From positions 28,671-92,670 of the forward strand of contig JAWLCQ010000002.1 of assembly GCA_041687095.1 (NCBI GenBank): a DNA stretch of 64,000 bases. The letters are read 5' to 3'. Positions 25,630-35,881 of this stretch are shown here, in pieces. The translations under genes and the position numbers were made by a program. How positions within the stretch are numbered: position 1 is the first letter of the stretch; every line of letters starts with the position of its first letter. The stretch is from Phycisphaerae bacterium (lineage in GTDB: Bacteria; Planctomycetota; Phycisphaerae; SM23-33). The notes beneath the pieces were generated by a model. That model did no database searches, was not told the origin of the DNA, and saw nothing but the letters and a program-made list of their open reading frames with translations.

Positions 25630-26247
25630 TCAGGGCGCCTTGCTGTATGAGGTGTTCAGATAGGACAGGACGTCTTCGGTGATGTCCAGCCGCTCGTCAT
25701 GCCACAGCACGTGCTTGGAGGAGATCACCCGGGCGAGTTCGGGCGAGGAGCGGGTGGGCGGATCCTTGCGGTCGAAGTAGAGTACCAGGTCCAGCCCACG
25801 GGTGCGGGCGACGGTGCCCACGCCCTGGAGGATCTCGCGGTAGAGCTGGTTGGTCAGGCGGTGGTGCTCGCGGAGCATCTTGGCCTGCTGGAGTTCCTTC
25901 CAGCCCTTGAGTTCGAAGGCGGCCTGCTCGGCGTCGTCGAGGCGCTTGGTGTACTCGGGGCTGTCGGGCTGGAGGCCCTGGAGGACCTGCTGCATCCGTT
26001 CGAGGTTCTGCTCGCGGGCGGCGCCTTCGGCCTGGACGGCCTCACGCTGCTTCTCCAGGTTGCTCATCATGTCGCGAGCCTTCTGGAAGTTGTCGAGCAG
26101 GTCCATGACGTCGCAGACGGCGAGGCGGGTGGGGCTGGCCGCCGCCGGGGCCTGGGCCGGGGCCGGCTGCCCCGCCAGTTCGCTCACCAGCAGCGTCGCC
26201 GCCGCCATCAACGCCAGTACGATCACCAGGGAACGGATTCGGTTCAT
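25630..26247 (-). CDS. skp: OmpH/Skp periplasmic chaperone
   Basis: Signal peptide, LAVCDV, long coiled coil, LDLVL...DITEDVL; located between bamA and lpxD. Confidence 0.85.
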   Translation of the reverse strand: MNRIRSLVIVLALMAAATLLVSELAGQPAPAQAPAAASPTRLAVCDVMDLLDNFQKARDMMSNLEKQREAVQAEGAAREQNLERMQQVLQGLQPDSPEYTKRLDDAEQAAFELKGWKELQQAKMLREHHRLTNQLYREILQGVGTVARTRGLDLVLYFDRKDPPTRSSPELARVISSKHVLWHDERLDITEDVLSYLNTSYSKAP

Positions 26248-26359
26248 GTCCTCACACCTCTCTGCACGCCGCCGGACCGGCGGACTCCATGCGCGACCCG
26301 CCGGGGCCCCAGCATCGGCGGCCCGGCGGCGATCCTGCGGGGAGGGTAGCAGGTCGGGA

Positions 26360-28654
26360 TCAGAAAGTCCAGCCGAACGTAAAGCTGAAGACCTGCGTGT
26401 CGTCCTCGTCGTCCTGGCTCAGCGGCCAGGCGAAGTCGAACGTGAAGGGCACGGGCCCGAAGAACGGGATGATCCAGCGGATCCCGAACCCGACCGCCGC
26501 CCGGTACGTCGTGACCTCGAAGTCGCTCTCCACCGTGCCGGTGTCGAGGAAGACGGCCCCGCGGATGATGTCCTGGATGAGCGGGAACGAGTACTCCGTG
26601 CCCGCGAACACCATGAACTCCCCGCCGATCGGGTCATCGTTGCCCACGGCGGCCGATCGGGGGCTGATCCCGCGGTAGTCGAACCCGCGGACGCTCCCCA
26701 GCCCCCCGCCGTAGAACCGCTCGAACACGGGGGCATCCCCGAAGATGTAGCCGACGCTCGCCCGCGACGCCAGGATGTGCTTGCGGTCCAGCACGTCCGT
26801 GTACAGCGTGTGGTACAGTCGGTAGTCCGCCTTCGCGGTGGTGAACGTGAAGTCGCCCACCGTCTGCTCCACCGACAGGCGGAGCATGTCGCCCCGCGAG
26901 GGGTTCCAGCGGCTGTCGGTGCGACTGCGGATCAGCGCGCCCTCGACGCTCGCCAGCAGGTGCGAGCCCTCCAGTTCCAGAATCTCGGGGGCCGCATCGG
27001 ACTCCAGGTCGTCGAGCTTCACGCCCTGGACCCGTCCCGACACCTGCCCATGCCAGCGGTTCTTGAAGGTGTGGCCCACCGAGACGCTCGTCCCGTACCG
27101 CGATTCGAGGTACTTCTCGCGGTCGCGGGTGAACAGGAACAACTGCGTCCCCAGCGAGTAGGGCTTGTCGAACAGGTAGGGGTTCTCCCAGTCCAGGTGG
27201 AACCGCATCATCTCGGTCCCGGGCTCGGCGACGATGCGGAAGGTCTCCCCCGCGCCCTTCCAGGCACGGCCCTCCAGCACGTCCCGCAGCGAGCCCGGCC
27301 AGGCGAGGATGTCGAAGTTCCGCTGCTCAAAGGAGATATTGCCCAGCAGCCCCTGCTGCGAACTCACCCCCACGCCGATCATGAAATTGGCCGTGCGGCC
27401 CTCGCTGACCTCCACCAGCAGCTCCCGCATCCCGGGGGCCTGCCCGATCGGGGTCAGGTTCACCGTCTCGAACAGCCGTGAGTCCTTCAGTCGCCGCTCC
27501 GCCTCCCGGACGGCCGCGAGGTTGAAGAGCTGCTCGGGGTAGACGGTGATTTCGCGGCGGATGACGCGGTCCTGCGTCAGGGGGTTGCCCCGGATGATCA
27601 CCTGTCCCAGGCGGTACTGGTCGGACTCGCGGACGGTGATGACGAGGTCCACGACCCCGGGCTCGTCCTGGAAGCGGCGGGCGGCATCGATGTCGGCGTA
27701 GATGTACCCCAGTTCGCCGTAGGTGTTCCGCAGGGCCTCCAGGTCCCGCTGGACCGCCATCGCCGTGTAGAACTCCCCGGGGTGCAGCTCCATCCGCCGC
27801 ACCAGCTCCGCGTCGCTGAACAGGGTGTTGCCTTGGAAGACGACCTCGTCGATGCGGTAGCGGGGGCCCTCGCGGATGACGAAGGTGAGTTCGACGTCCT
27901 TCTTGTCGGGGCTGAACTCCAGCCGCCGGCCGACCTCGGCGTCGAGGAAGCCCTCGCGGATGTAGAGGTTGCGGAGGGTGTGGACGTCGCGTTCGAGCTG
28001 CTCGGCGTCGAGGAACCCGGCGATGATCGGCCAGAGGCGCTCGCGCGTGGCGATCTCGCTCTTGAGCTTGAAGTTTCCGAAGTACTCGTTGCCCTCGATC
28101 TCCAGGTCACGGATGCGGACGCGGGGACCCTCGACGATGCGGTAGACGACGCGGCCCTCGTCGAGCAGGCGGGGATCGTAGGTGATCTCGGCGAAGTAGT
28201 AGCCCTTCTCGCGGTAGGTCTGGAGGAGGTCGGTGCGGCCCTTCTCGACGCTGTAGGGCTCCAGGGGGGAGCCCTCGCGGAAGCCCAGGACCTTCCGCAG
28301 ATCTCCGGTCTCCAGGGCCTTGTTCCCCTCGAAGGTCAGCTCGCCCAGGACGGGGCGCTCCTCGACGAAGAACGTCACGAGGACGCCCTGCTCGGTAGGA
28401 GTCTTGGCGGCGCGGACGCGATGGAACTGCCCCGTCCCCAGCAGCCGCTGCTGGTCGGCCTGCACGATGGCGTCGTTGTACAGGTCGCCCGGGCGCGTGC
28501 GGACGTTCACGAGGACCGCGTTGTCGCTCAGTCGCTCGTTGCCCACGATGCGGACCTCGCGGACCACGTCCGGGCCCGTAGGCAGCTCCTGGGCCGCCAG
28601 CGTTCCCGCCAGCAGCAGCACCGCCGCCAGTGTCATCCGTCCTCGTGCTCTCAC
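26360..28654 (-). CDS. bamA: Outer-membrane protein assembly factor BamA (Omp85)
   Basis: POTRA repeats (VREVRIVGN, LTFEGNK, IEGNEYF, VVFQGNT, VIIRGN), barrel FYGGGLGSVRGFDY, C-terminal FTFGWTF. Start either GTG 28654 or ATG 28636. Confidence 0.93.
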   Translation of the reverse strand: MRARGRMTLAAVLLLAGTLAAQELPTGPDVVREVRIVGNERLSDNAVLVNVRTRPGDLYNDAIVQADQQRLLGTGQFHRVRAAKTPTEQGVLVTFFVEERPVLGELTFEGNKALETGDLRKVLGFREGSPLEPYSVEKGRTDLLQTYREKGYYFAEITYDPRLLDEGRVVYRIVEGPRVRIRDLEIEGNEYFGNFKLKSEIATRERLWPIIAGFLDAEQLERDVHTLRNLYIREGFLDAEVGRRLEFSPDKKDVELTFVIREGPRYRIDEVVFQGNTLFSDAELVRRMELHPGEFYTAMAVQRDLEALRNTYGELGYIYADIDAARRFQDEPGVVDLVITVRESDQYRLGQVIIRGNPLTQDRVIRREITVYPEQLFNLAAVREAERRLKDSRLFETVNLTPIGQAPGMRELLVEVSEGRTANFMIGVGVSSQQGLLGNISFEQRNFDILAWPGSLRDVLEGRAWKGAGETFRIVAEPGTEMMRFHLDWENPYLFDKPYSLGTQLFLFTRDREKYLESRYGTSVSVGHTFKNRWHGQVSGRVQGVKLDDLESDAAPEILELEGSHLLASVEGALIRSRTDSRWNPSRGDMLRLSVEQTVGDFTFTTAKADYRLYHTLYTDVLDRKHILASRASVGYIFGDAPVFERFYGGGLGSVRGFDYRGISPRSAAVGNDDPIGGEFMVFAGTEYSFPLIQDIIRGAVFLDTGTVESDFEVTTYRAAVGFGIRWIIPFFGPVPFTFDFAWPLSQDDEDDTQVFSFTFGWTF

Positions 28655-28863
28655 GTCGTGCTCCACCTTTCCCGGCGGTGCGGTGGCGCGCGGAGCGGCC
28701 GCGCGCAAACCCACCCCCGACCGGCTGCGGAACGTACCCCCCCGAGACCCGGAAGTCAAGCAATCCGCCGTCCTCGATCTGCGGTGCTTGATTTTTCGGT
28801 TCGCCCCGGATACTACTCCGCGCACACCCAACACAGGCTTGCCCGTTTAGAAGGAGAGTCCGC

Positions 28864-30528
28864 ATGCACCGTTTCGGCGCTGACCTGTCCCGCCTGCGTA
28901 ACGCCCGTACGCTCCGCGCGTCGTCCTGGGACCCCACCGGCCGCAACCGCGATAACTGGATCATCCCCCCCGGGGAGTCCCGCGTGCTCGCGGACCTCTC
29001 GGGCCCCGGGTGCATCACGCACATCTGGACCGCCCAGCCCGCCCGCTTCCGCCGCTGCGTCCTCCGCTTCACCTGGGACGACGGCCCCTCCCCCAGCGTC
29101 CTGGCGCCCGTGGGCGACTTCTTCTGCCTGGGCCACGAGTTGGTCAACTCCTTCCAGAACGCCCTGTTCTCGGGCTCGACCAACCGCCCCAACCAGTTCA
29201 ACGTCGGGGTGGGGCTCAACTGCTACGTCCCCATGCCCTTCCGCCGCCGCGCCCTGCTCGAGATCGTCAACGAGAGCGACGAGCCCCATCCGATGTGGTT
29301 CTACGTCGACTACGAGCGCCACGACGAGCCCCCCGCGGAGGACGTCGGCTACTTCCACGCCGAGTTCCGCCGCACCTGCCCCTTCGGGGGGTGGGGCCCG
29401 GAGATCCTCGTCAACACCCCCCAGGCCGACGCCCCCAACGAGAAGGAGATCGCCTGGAGGAACAACTACGTCATCCTCGACACCCAGGGCCGCGGGCACT
29501 ACATCGGGTGCAACCTCTCCGTCACCAACTTCCAGGGCACCTGGTGGGGCGAGGGCGATGACATGATCTGGGTGGACGGCTACCACTGGCCGCCCGACCT
29601 CCACGGGACCGGCAGCGAGGACTACCTCGGGCACGCCTGGGGCATGCAGGCCAACGCCTTCCTCCGCAACGGCACGTCCCTGCACGAGGCCCACACCGGG
29701 GGCTACCAGACGAGCTACGTCCTGCACCTGGAGAACCCGGTGCACTTCCGCGAGCAGATCAAGGTCACGATCGAGCACGGCCATGCCAACCACCTCGCCA
29801 ACGAGATGAGTTCCACCGCCTACTGGTACGCCGCCGCCCCCACCCGCGTCGCCCCGCTGCCCCCCGTCGCGAAGCGCCTCCCCGTCCCGCGAGACAACCA
29901 GGGCCGCTGGCTGCACGACCGTAAGCGGCAGTGCCCGGGCGCCCCCGTCGAGGTGACCCCCGAGATGGAGGCGATGAAGGCCTCCTGGGCCAAGCTGCAC
30001 CCCACGCTCCCCCCCGTCGAGGCCAAGTGGTTCTCCCCCTTCCTCCGCTGCTGGCGGATCTCCGAGCTGCGCCCTCGCCCCCGCGGGGGCGTACGAAACG
30101 CCCCGCCCGTGGGGCTCGGGGACGCGACGCTCGGCTGGCAGCCCCTGCCGGCCGACACCGCGGGCTTCGTCAACGTGCACGACGCCGTGGCCCTGCAGGA
30201 CGGAGTGGTGTACCTCGCGACGCGGGTGCGGGTGGACCGGGCGGGGACCTGGAACCTCCACGTCGGGCACGACGGGGGCGTCCGCGCCTTCCTCGATGGC
30301 CGCGAGGTCCTGTGTACGGAGGGAACGGTGAACCCCGCGCCCACGCTGCGGTCCCAGGCGCCGATGGACCTGCACCCCGGGGAGCACGAGATCGTCATTG
30401 CCCTCGACACCGATCAGGGCCGCGGCTGGGGCGTCTTCGCCCGCCTGGAGATCCCGCCCGGGCACCGCAAAGGCAAGGCCGCCTTCCCCGCCGAACCGCT
30501 CTGCGACACCCGGGCGGGCAAAGAGTAG
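28864..30528 (+). CDS. DUF2961 (GH172-like) protein with an extra C-terminal beta-sandwich domain
   Basis: RASSWDPTGRNRD, GPGCITHIW, LRFTWD, APVGDFFCLGH, NCYVPMPF, GRGHYIG, WWGEGDDMIWVDG, GTGSEDY; SD GAAGGAG. Confidence 0.85.
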   Translation: MHRFGADLSRLRNARTLRASSWDPTGRNRDNWIIPPGESRVLADLSGPGCITHIWTAQPARFRRCVLRFTWDDGPSPSVLAPVGDFFCLGHELVNSFQNALFSGSTNRPNQFNVGVGLNCYVPMPFRRRALLEIVNESDEPHPMWFYVDYERHDEPPAEDVGYFHAEFRRTCPFGGWGPEILVNTPQADAPNEKEIAWRNNYVILDTQGRGHYIGCNLSVTNFQGTWWGEGDDMIWVDGYHWPPDLHGTGSEDYLGHAWGMQANAFLRNGTSLHEAHTGGYQTSYVLHLENPVHFREQIKVTIEHGHANHLANEMSSTAYWYAAAPTRVAPLPPVAKRLPVPRDNQGRWLHDRKRQCPGAPVEVTPEMEAMKASWAKLHPTLPPVEAKWFSPFLRCWRISELRPRPRGGVRNAPPVGLGDATLGWQPLPADTAGFVNVHDAVALQDGVVYLATRVRVDRAGTWNLHVGHDGGVRAFLDGREVLCTEGTVNPAPTLRSQAPMDLHPGEHEIVIALDTDQGRGWGVFARLEIPPGHRKGKAAFPAEPLCDTRAGKE

Positions 30529-30553
30529 TCCCAGGGCCATCGTGTCTTGACGC

Positions 30554-30582
30554 TTGTGAAGGGCGGGGCGGGAGCGTAAAGT
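30554..30582 (+). promoter_or_regulatory. Sigma70-like promoter TTGTGA-N17-TAAAGT
   Basis: -35 at 30554-30559, -10 at 30577-30582, upstream of SD AAGGAG and ATG 30634. Confidence 0.4.
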
Positions 30583-30633
30583 GACTCACAAACCACGTCA
30601 GTCGGCATCATGTCGGCTAGAAGGAGTGACGGT

Positions 30634-30972
30634 ATGGCGAATCTGAGTTTTGACGCATCGATCGGGGCCATTCTGCTGGTGTTCTACCTCTATCTGTTGG
30701 TCCGCCCGCAGTACGTCCGCCGGCAGTTCCCGTTCCTCATCGGGGCCGGGGCCATCGTCCTGAACCTGCTGCTCATCGGGATTCTCGTTGCCGCCGGGGC
30801 CAATCGCACCGTGATCGGGATCTTCGCCATCCTGCTGAACACGATCGCCCTGCTGGGTGGCCTGCTGGCGTGCTACGGCGGCACGTTGCCGGGCGGCGTG
30901 GAGCAGATGGTCAACCGGACGAGCCCGCCCCCGATGGGCCCCCCGCCCACGGGCGGCACACCGCAGGCATGA
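30634..30972 (+). CDS. Small membrane protein (about 3 TM helices), Pro-rich tail
   Basis: SD AAGGAG at 30621-30626; hydrophobic segments. Confidence 0.7.
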   Translation: MANLSFDASIGAILLVFYLYLLVRPQYVRRQFPFLIGAGAIVLNLLLIGILVAAGANRTVIGIFAILLNTIALLGGLLACYGGTLPGGVEQMVNRTSPPPMGPPPTGGTPQA

Positions 30973-31055
30973 TGAGCGAACGGAACGATCCCACGCGCTC
31001 GTCGCCCCGCGTCTCATCCGCTCCGTAGCACCCCTCGATCCCCAGGTGCAAGGCA

Positions 31056-31425
31056 GGGTGTCACCCGCAAGCGGCGCTGTCGGCTGCTTGCGGGTGACAA
31101 CCCGCGGACGGTTACGAGGTCTCGTAACCGTTCCTGCGGTGCCATCGCAAAGCGTCTTCTCTTCGTGGCGTGGGCACAAGCGCCCATGCGTCCCACGGAC
31201 CTCTTGCGCGTGGCGGAAGACCCAGAGCAGGGGGAGCCGCCCCTTGTGATGCACCGGCGGGATGCCCCTCGACCTGCCGATGGCCGTGACCGTTCTTCAC
31301 AACCCGCACCCGAATCCGGCGCTCCCCCCCGCTGCGTCACCCCAATAAAACGAGCAGGGATGCAGCGGACGCACGGAATGGAGGTCGTCCATCTTGATCC
31401 CGTGCATCCCCTGCATCCCTGCTCG
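31056..31425. repeat. Intergenic mosaic of at least four palindromic elements
   Basis: 14-bp stem 31059-31099; 11-bp stem 31108-31131; GCCAC-tagged hairpin 31165-31189 (minus orientation); 75-bp GGATGCAG-armed IR 31351-31425. Confidence 0.8.
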
Positions 31426-31462
31426 CGTTTGCGGGAGGTGTAGTTGGGGGGGGGGCGGAGAG

Positions 31463-32266
31463 CTACCGCCTCCGCCGCAGGAGGCCAACCGCCCCAAGGC
31501 CCAGGATCGCCAGCGTCGCGGGCTCGGGGACGATGAGCTTGTCCTTGCGAACCTCCGCCTTCTGGAACCCGGGGATCACGAAGTCCCACTGGAACGCCCA
31601 CTCCACGTCGCCCGGGCCCACGGGCCCGGCCGTGTCGCTCAGCGTCGTCGCCGACCCGTCATTGAGCGAGTCGAGGATCGTCGAGGAGATGCCAACGGCG
31701 TAATGGCTGGGAGCGGCGAGGGTCACCGTCTCGCTCGCCCACGAGCTGCCCCCGTCGGTCTGGTACACGCGGTTGCTGCCGATCTGGATCTCCCCGCTGT
31801 CGTCATCGGCCGTCCCGCCCACGTCCAGGTTGCAGTACTGGAAGAGGTGGAACTCCATCGGGGTGGCGGTATCGTTCCAGATCTCGACGATCTCGGCGAT
31901 GTCGGAGCTGCCGCTGCCGATCGCCCCTCCGTCGAGGCTCACCGTGAGCATCATCGTGAAGCTCGGGCCCGCGTACTCCAGGTACACGTAGTCGCTGCCC
32001 ACCGGCAGGATGAACGGGGTCCCGAGCGAGTCGATCGACTGCTCCGGGCCCGTGGGACCCACGCGATACCAGAACCACTGGCGGAAGAGGTGCTGGACCC
32101 CATCCACAACCCAGTCGTACATGCCCGCGTTGGACGTGGGGTCGATCCGTACCGTCGAGTTGTCGTTGCTGAGGACGATCTCCGCCGAGGAGATCCCGGC
32201 TGGGAGGACCAGGGCGGCCACCAGGACCAGCCCGGCCCACCCTGCGATTCTGCGATGTGCGTTCAT
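31463..32266 (-). CDS. PEP-CTERM surface protein, paralog 1
   Basis: Signal peptide; C-terminus VPEPATLAILGLGAVGLLRRRR. Confidence 0.9.
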   Translation of the reverse strand: MNAHRRIAGWAGLVLVAALVLPAGISSAEIVLSNDNSTVRIDPTSNAGMYDWVVDGVQHLFRQWFWYRVGPTGPEQSIDSLGTPFILPVGSDYVYLEYAGPSFTMMLTVSLDGGAIGSGSSDIAEIVEIWNDTATPMEFHLFQYCNLDVGGTADDDSGEIQIGSNRVYQTDGGSSWASETVTLAAPSHYAVGISSTILDSLNDGSATTLSDTAGPVGPGDVEWAFQWDFVIPGFQKAEVRKDKLIVPEPATLAILGLGAVGLLRRRR

Positions 32267-32522
32267 TGCCTCTTCCTTTTTAATGCCATGCCGGTTGCCG
32301 CCTGCGGTGCGACCCGCCGCCAACCTGCAGGTTCCCTCGCTCTGCGACTCCACATACCGCCCCGCAAACCGGGACGATGTTCCGAAATGCCGTTCTCCAC
32401 GCCTCGCGGGGCTCCTCTGGATGGCCCCACGCGCTTCCGCCAAACCACGCGGATCGCCGAGCAAAGCACGCCCCTGTGATGGGCAGGCGCTTTGTTCCGC
32501 GCGTTCTCCGCGGCAGGACGGA

Positions 32523-33368
32523 TTAGTTCAACCGGCGGCCGCGACGACGCAGCAGGGCGGCGAATCCGACCGCCAGCAGCGACAGCGTCGCGGGCTCGGG
32601 GACGTTGAACATGTCCGGGCTGATCGTCTTGGCCTTGCTGATCGAGAGCGTCTCGCCCGGGGCCAGCGTGTGGTCCCACTGGAAGGCCCAGGTCACGTTG
32701 CCCTGCCCCAGCGGGCCGGCGAAGTCGTTCAGCGTCGTCGGGGACGCGTCGTTCAGCGAATCGACGATCTCGGGGAAGTAGGCGACCTGGAAGTGGTTCG
32801 GGAAACTGCTCACCACCGACTCGCTCGCCGAATAGAGGCTCCCATCCTGCTGGGCGCGGTTGCCCCCGACGATCTGCCCGTAGTCCCCGGCAATCACGTT
32901 GTCGAGGTTCAGGTCCACGTACTGGAAGAAATGCAGGTCCATCACGGATCCCGACACGTTCGTCAGCTCGATCTGCTCCGTCACGCTCGCCCGGTTGGAC
33001 CCCGGTGCGTTGCCGCGGAGGATGAACCGCAGGTTCACCAGCAGGTCCGCCCCGGCGTACTGGATGTCCATGATGTCGGGGTTCGGATCGCCATTTCCGT
33101 TCTGTGTGCTGAATGTCGGGGTCGCGAGGGTGTCGATGGACTGCTCCCCGCCCGTGCTCCCGATGCGATACCAGAACCACTGCTGCACCAAGTGGTCCGT
33201 GCCGTCCACGTACCAGTCGAACATGCCCGCATCGGAGGCCGGGTCAAAGTAGGCCTGGGAATTGCGGTCCTGGAGCAGAATCGGTTCCGCGACGGCCGCC
33301 CCGGTCAATACCAGCAGGGCCGCCGCGCCCACGAGTCCGTACACTGTGTTTCTCACGTTGCGCCCCAT
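32523..33368 (-). CDS. PEP-CTERM surface protein, paralog 2
   Basis: Signal peptide; C-terminus VPEPATLSLLAVGFAALLRRRGRR; shares the AGM.DW.VDG..HL..QWFWYR.G.TG.EQSID.L core with paralog 1. Confidence 0.9.
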   Translation of the reverse strand: MGRNVRNTVYGLVGAAALLVLTGAAVAEPILLQDRNSQAYFDPASDAGMFDWYVDGTDHLVQQWFWYRIGSTGGEQSIDTLATPTFSTQNGNGDPNPDIMDIQYAGADLLVNLRFILRGNAPGSNRASVTEQIELTNVSGSVMDLHFFQYVDLNLDNVIAGDYGQIVGGNRAQQDGSLYSASESVVSSFPNHFQVAYFPEIVDSLNDASPTTLNDFAGPLGQGNVTWAFQWDHTLAPGETLSISKAKTISPDMFNVPEPATLSLLAVGFAALLRRRGRRLN

Positions 33369-33877
33369 GAAGCTCTCCGTCCTTTCCTTCCGTCGAATGC
33401 CGATGCGTGGTCCCACGACCTGCGCGCAAACCAACACAATAACCGCGTTACGTTGATCGAATGGAGCGCGAGCGGGTCGGATCCTCGCACACCACGTCTT
33501 CCAGGCACATCTGCCGCCTGGCCGGCGAGCGTCGCGACGCCCGAGATGGGCGAAGCGGCAATGAGTACAGCCTCCTCCCCGACGGCTTGGGCAAAACGAG
33601 CGAGCATCCAAGCGAGCTCCAGGCTCAGGAGCCGCGCGCCGGTTCGTCATTACACCTCCTACTCTATGTGCGACAGTCTTTTTGTCAAGTCTCAATCCGC
33701 AGGAAACCGTGTAAAGATTGGAATAATCCACGGATCTACGGGAGTTACCGTACGTCCCGGGCCCTTATCCCGCCGTCCGTTACGCAGGGGCTTCCCCCGT
33801 GGGGGCGATGCGGTACAATGCCTCCAGCCCGGCCGAGGCGATCGCGGCCGGCACACACCCCAGCAAGGAGTCCGCCC

Positions 33878-35356
33878 ATGAAGGCCGTCATGGTGATGTT
33901 CGACACGCTCAACCGCCGCATGCTGCCCCCCTACGGGTGCGACTGGACGAAGATGCCCAATTTCCAGCGCCTCGCGCAGCGAAGCGTCACCTTCGACAAC
34001 GCCTACGTGGGCTCCATGCCCTGCATGCCCGCCCGCCGCGAGCTGCACACCGGGCGGTACAACTTCCTCCACCGCTCCTGGGGCCCCCTGGAGCCCTTCG
34101 ACGATTCCACCCCCGAACTCCTGTGGCGACACGGGGTCTACACGCACCTGTCCACCGACCACTACCACTACTTCGAGGACGGAGGCGCCACCTACCAGTC
34201 CCGCTACCGCACGTGGGACTTCTCCCGCGGGCACGAGGGCGACCCGTGGATCGGCCAGGTCGCCGAGCCCGAGAGGGTCCCCTGCCTCGCCGACCGCGGA
34301 ACCTCCGAGCGGTGGCGGCAGGACTTCGTCAACCGCCCGTTCATGGCCCGCGAGGAACTCCAGCCCCAGGCGAAGACCTTCGCCGCCGGGCTCGACTTCC
34401 TCCGCCGCAACCACGACCAGGACTCGTGGTTCCTCCACATCGAGACCTTCGACCCCCACGAGCCGTTCTTCACCCAGCAGCACTACAAGGACCTCTACCC
34501 CCACGACTACGAGGGCCCCCGCTTCGACTGGCCGACCTACGGGCCCGTCACCGAGACGCCCGAGCAGGTCGCCCACTGCCGCTACGAGTACGCCGCCCTC
34601 CTGAGCATGTGCGACGCGTACCTCGGCAAGGTCCTGGACCTCTTCGACGAGTACGGCCTGTGGGAGGACACGATGCTCATCGTGAACACCGACCACGGGT
34701 TCCTCCTGGGCGAGCACGACTGTTGGGCCAAGTGCTGGGCGCCGTTCTACCAGGAGGTCGCCCACATGCCGCTGTTCGTCTGGGACCCGCGGACGCGCGT
34801 CCACGACGTCCACCGCCAGGCCCTCGTGCAGACCATCGACCTGCCCGCGACGCTGCTGGACTTCTTCAACGTCGCTCTCCCCCCCGACATGCAGGGCGTG
34901 CCCCTGCGGCAGACGATCCTCGACGACACTCCGGTCCGCTCGGCCGCCCTGTTCGGGCTCTACGGGGCGCAGGTGAACGTCACCGACGGGCGGTACGTCT
35001 ACATGCGCGGGCCCGCGGACCGGGCGAGCAATGGCCCGCTGTACCAGTACACCCACATGCCCACGCACATGACCTCCCGCTTCAGCGTGGAGGAGATGCG
35101 GACGCTGGAGAAGGGCCCGGCGTTCTCGTTCACCAAGGGCTGCCCGACGATGCGCCTCAACGGGGGCTGCTGGGTCCGCGACCCGAACATGCCCGCCCTG
35201 CAGACGTACCTCTTCGACCTCGAAAGCGACTACGAGCAGCGGACGCCCATCGACGACCCGGCCATCGAGCAGCGGATGATCGACCACCTCGTCCGCCTCA
35301 TGAAATGGAACGACGCCCCCCGCGAGCAGTTCCAGCGCCTGGGCCTTCCCTTCTGA
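33878..35356 (+). CDS. Sulfatase (Cys-type, cytoplasmic)
   Basis: MKAVMVMFDTL, CMPARRELHTGR (CxPxR), FDPHEPF, NTDHGFLLGEH; SD AAGGAG. Confidence 0.92.
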   Translation: MKAVMVMFDTLNRRMLPPYGCDWTKMPNFQRLAQRSVTFDNAYVGSMPCMPARRELHTGRYNFLHRSWGPLEPFDDSTPELLWRHGVYTHLSTDHYHYFEDGGATYQSRYRTWDFSRGHEGDPWIGQVAEPERVPCLADRGTSERWRQDFVNRPFMAREELQPQAKTFAAGLDFLRRNHDQDSWFLHIETFDPHEPFFTQQHYKDLYPHDYEGPRFDWPTYGPVTETPEQVAHCRYEYAALLSMCDAYLGKVLDLFDEYGLWEDTMLIVNTDHGFLLGEHDCWAKCWAPFYQEVAHMPLFVWDPRTRVHDVHRQALVQTIDLPATLLDFFNVALPPDMQGVPLRQTILDDTPVRSAALFGLYGAQVNVTDGRYVYMRGPADRASNGPLYQYTHMPTHMTSRFSVEEMRTLEKGPAFSFTKGCPTMRLNGGCWVRDPNMPALQTYLFDLESDYEQRTPIDDPAIEQRMIDHLVRLMKWNDAPREQFQRLGLPF

Positions 35357-35478
35357 TCGGGGATGAACGCGGATGACACCGAGTCCCCATTGCGCGACAC
35401 CGCGCGGCAGCGGGCAATGCCCACGGGGCGCTGTCCAGCCCCGTGGGACGGGGTCGGGCGCCCGAGGGCGTTGATGGT

Positions 35479-35751
35479 TCAGTAGGTGACGGAGAACCCG
35501 CAGTACCGCCCCGACGCCGGGGCCTTCTGCGCGTGTTCCCCGCGGATGTGGCTCCCCAGGCGGGCGCGGAGGGCGTCGAGGAACGCGTCGATCTCATCGC
35601 ACTCGCCCTCGACGACGACCTCGACGGTCCCGTCGGGCCGGTTGCGGACCGTGCCCGCCACGTCGAACCCCCCCGCGGTTCGCACGGTGGTGTAGCGAAA
35701 GCCCACCCCCTGCACGTCGCCTCGGAATGTCACGATCCGTTGCTCGGCCAT
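35479..35751 (-). CDS. acyP: Acylphosphatase
   Basis: GDVQGVGFRY, GTVRNRPDGTVEV. Confidence 0.93.
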   Translation of the reverse strand: MAEQRIVTFRGDVQGVGFRYTTVRTAGGFDVAGTVRNRPDGTVEVVVEGECDEIDAFLDALRARLGSHIRGEHAQKAPASGRYCGFSVTY

Positions 35752-35881
35752 GCCGGCGCTCTCCTCGGTCTGCGGGGATTATAGCGGAAGGGGCGGAGGG
35801 CCTCACGCTTCTAGGCGCTCAATGCCCCTCCCCAAACCGTTCCTCGTCGCGTATGATGGGAGGCCCTGTAAGGAGCATGCG

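Noticed and set aside
31014-31601. Short ORFs across the 31.0-31.4 kb gap
   Set aside because: Their translations are repeat-derived (GMQGMH, IPCIPCIP) with no SD or family motif; better explained as non-coding mosaic repeats.
32270-33430. GGTTTG-N10/11-GTGG motif seen three times upstream of the PEP-CTERM paralogs (minus strand)
   Set aside because: Short, variably spaced and plausible by chance in GC-rich DNA; not supportable without genome-wide statistics.
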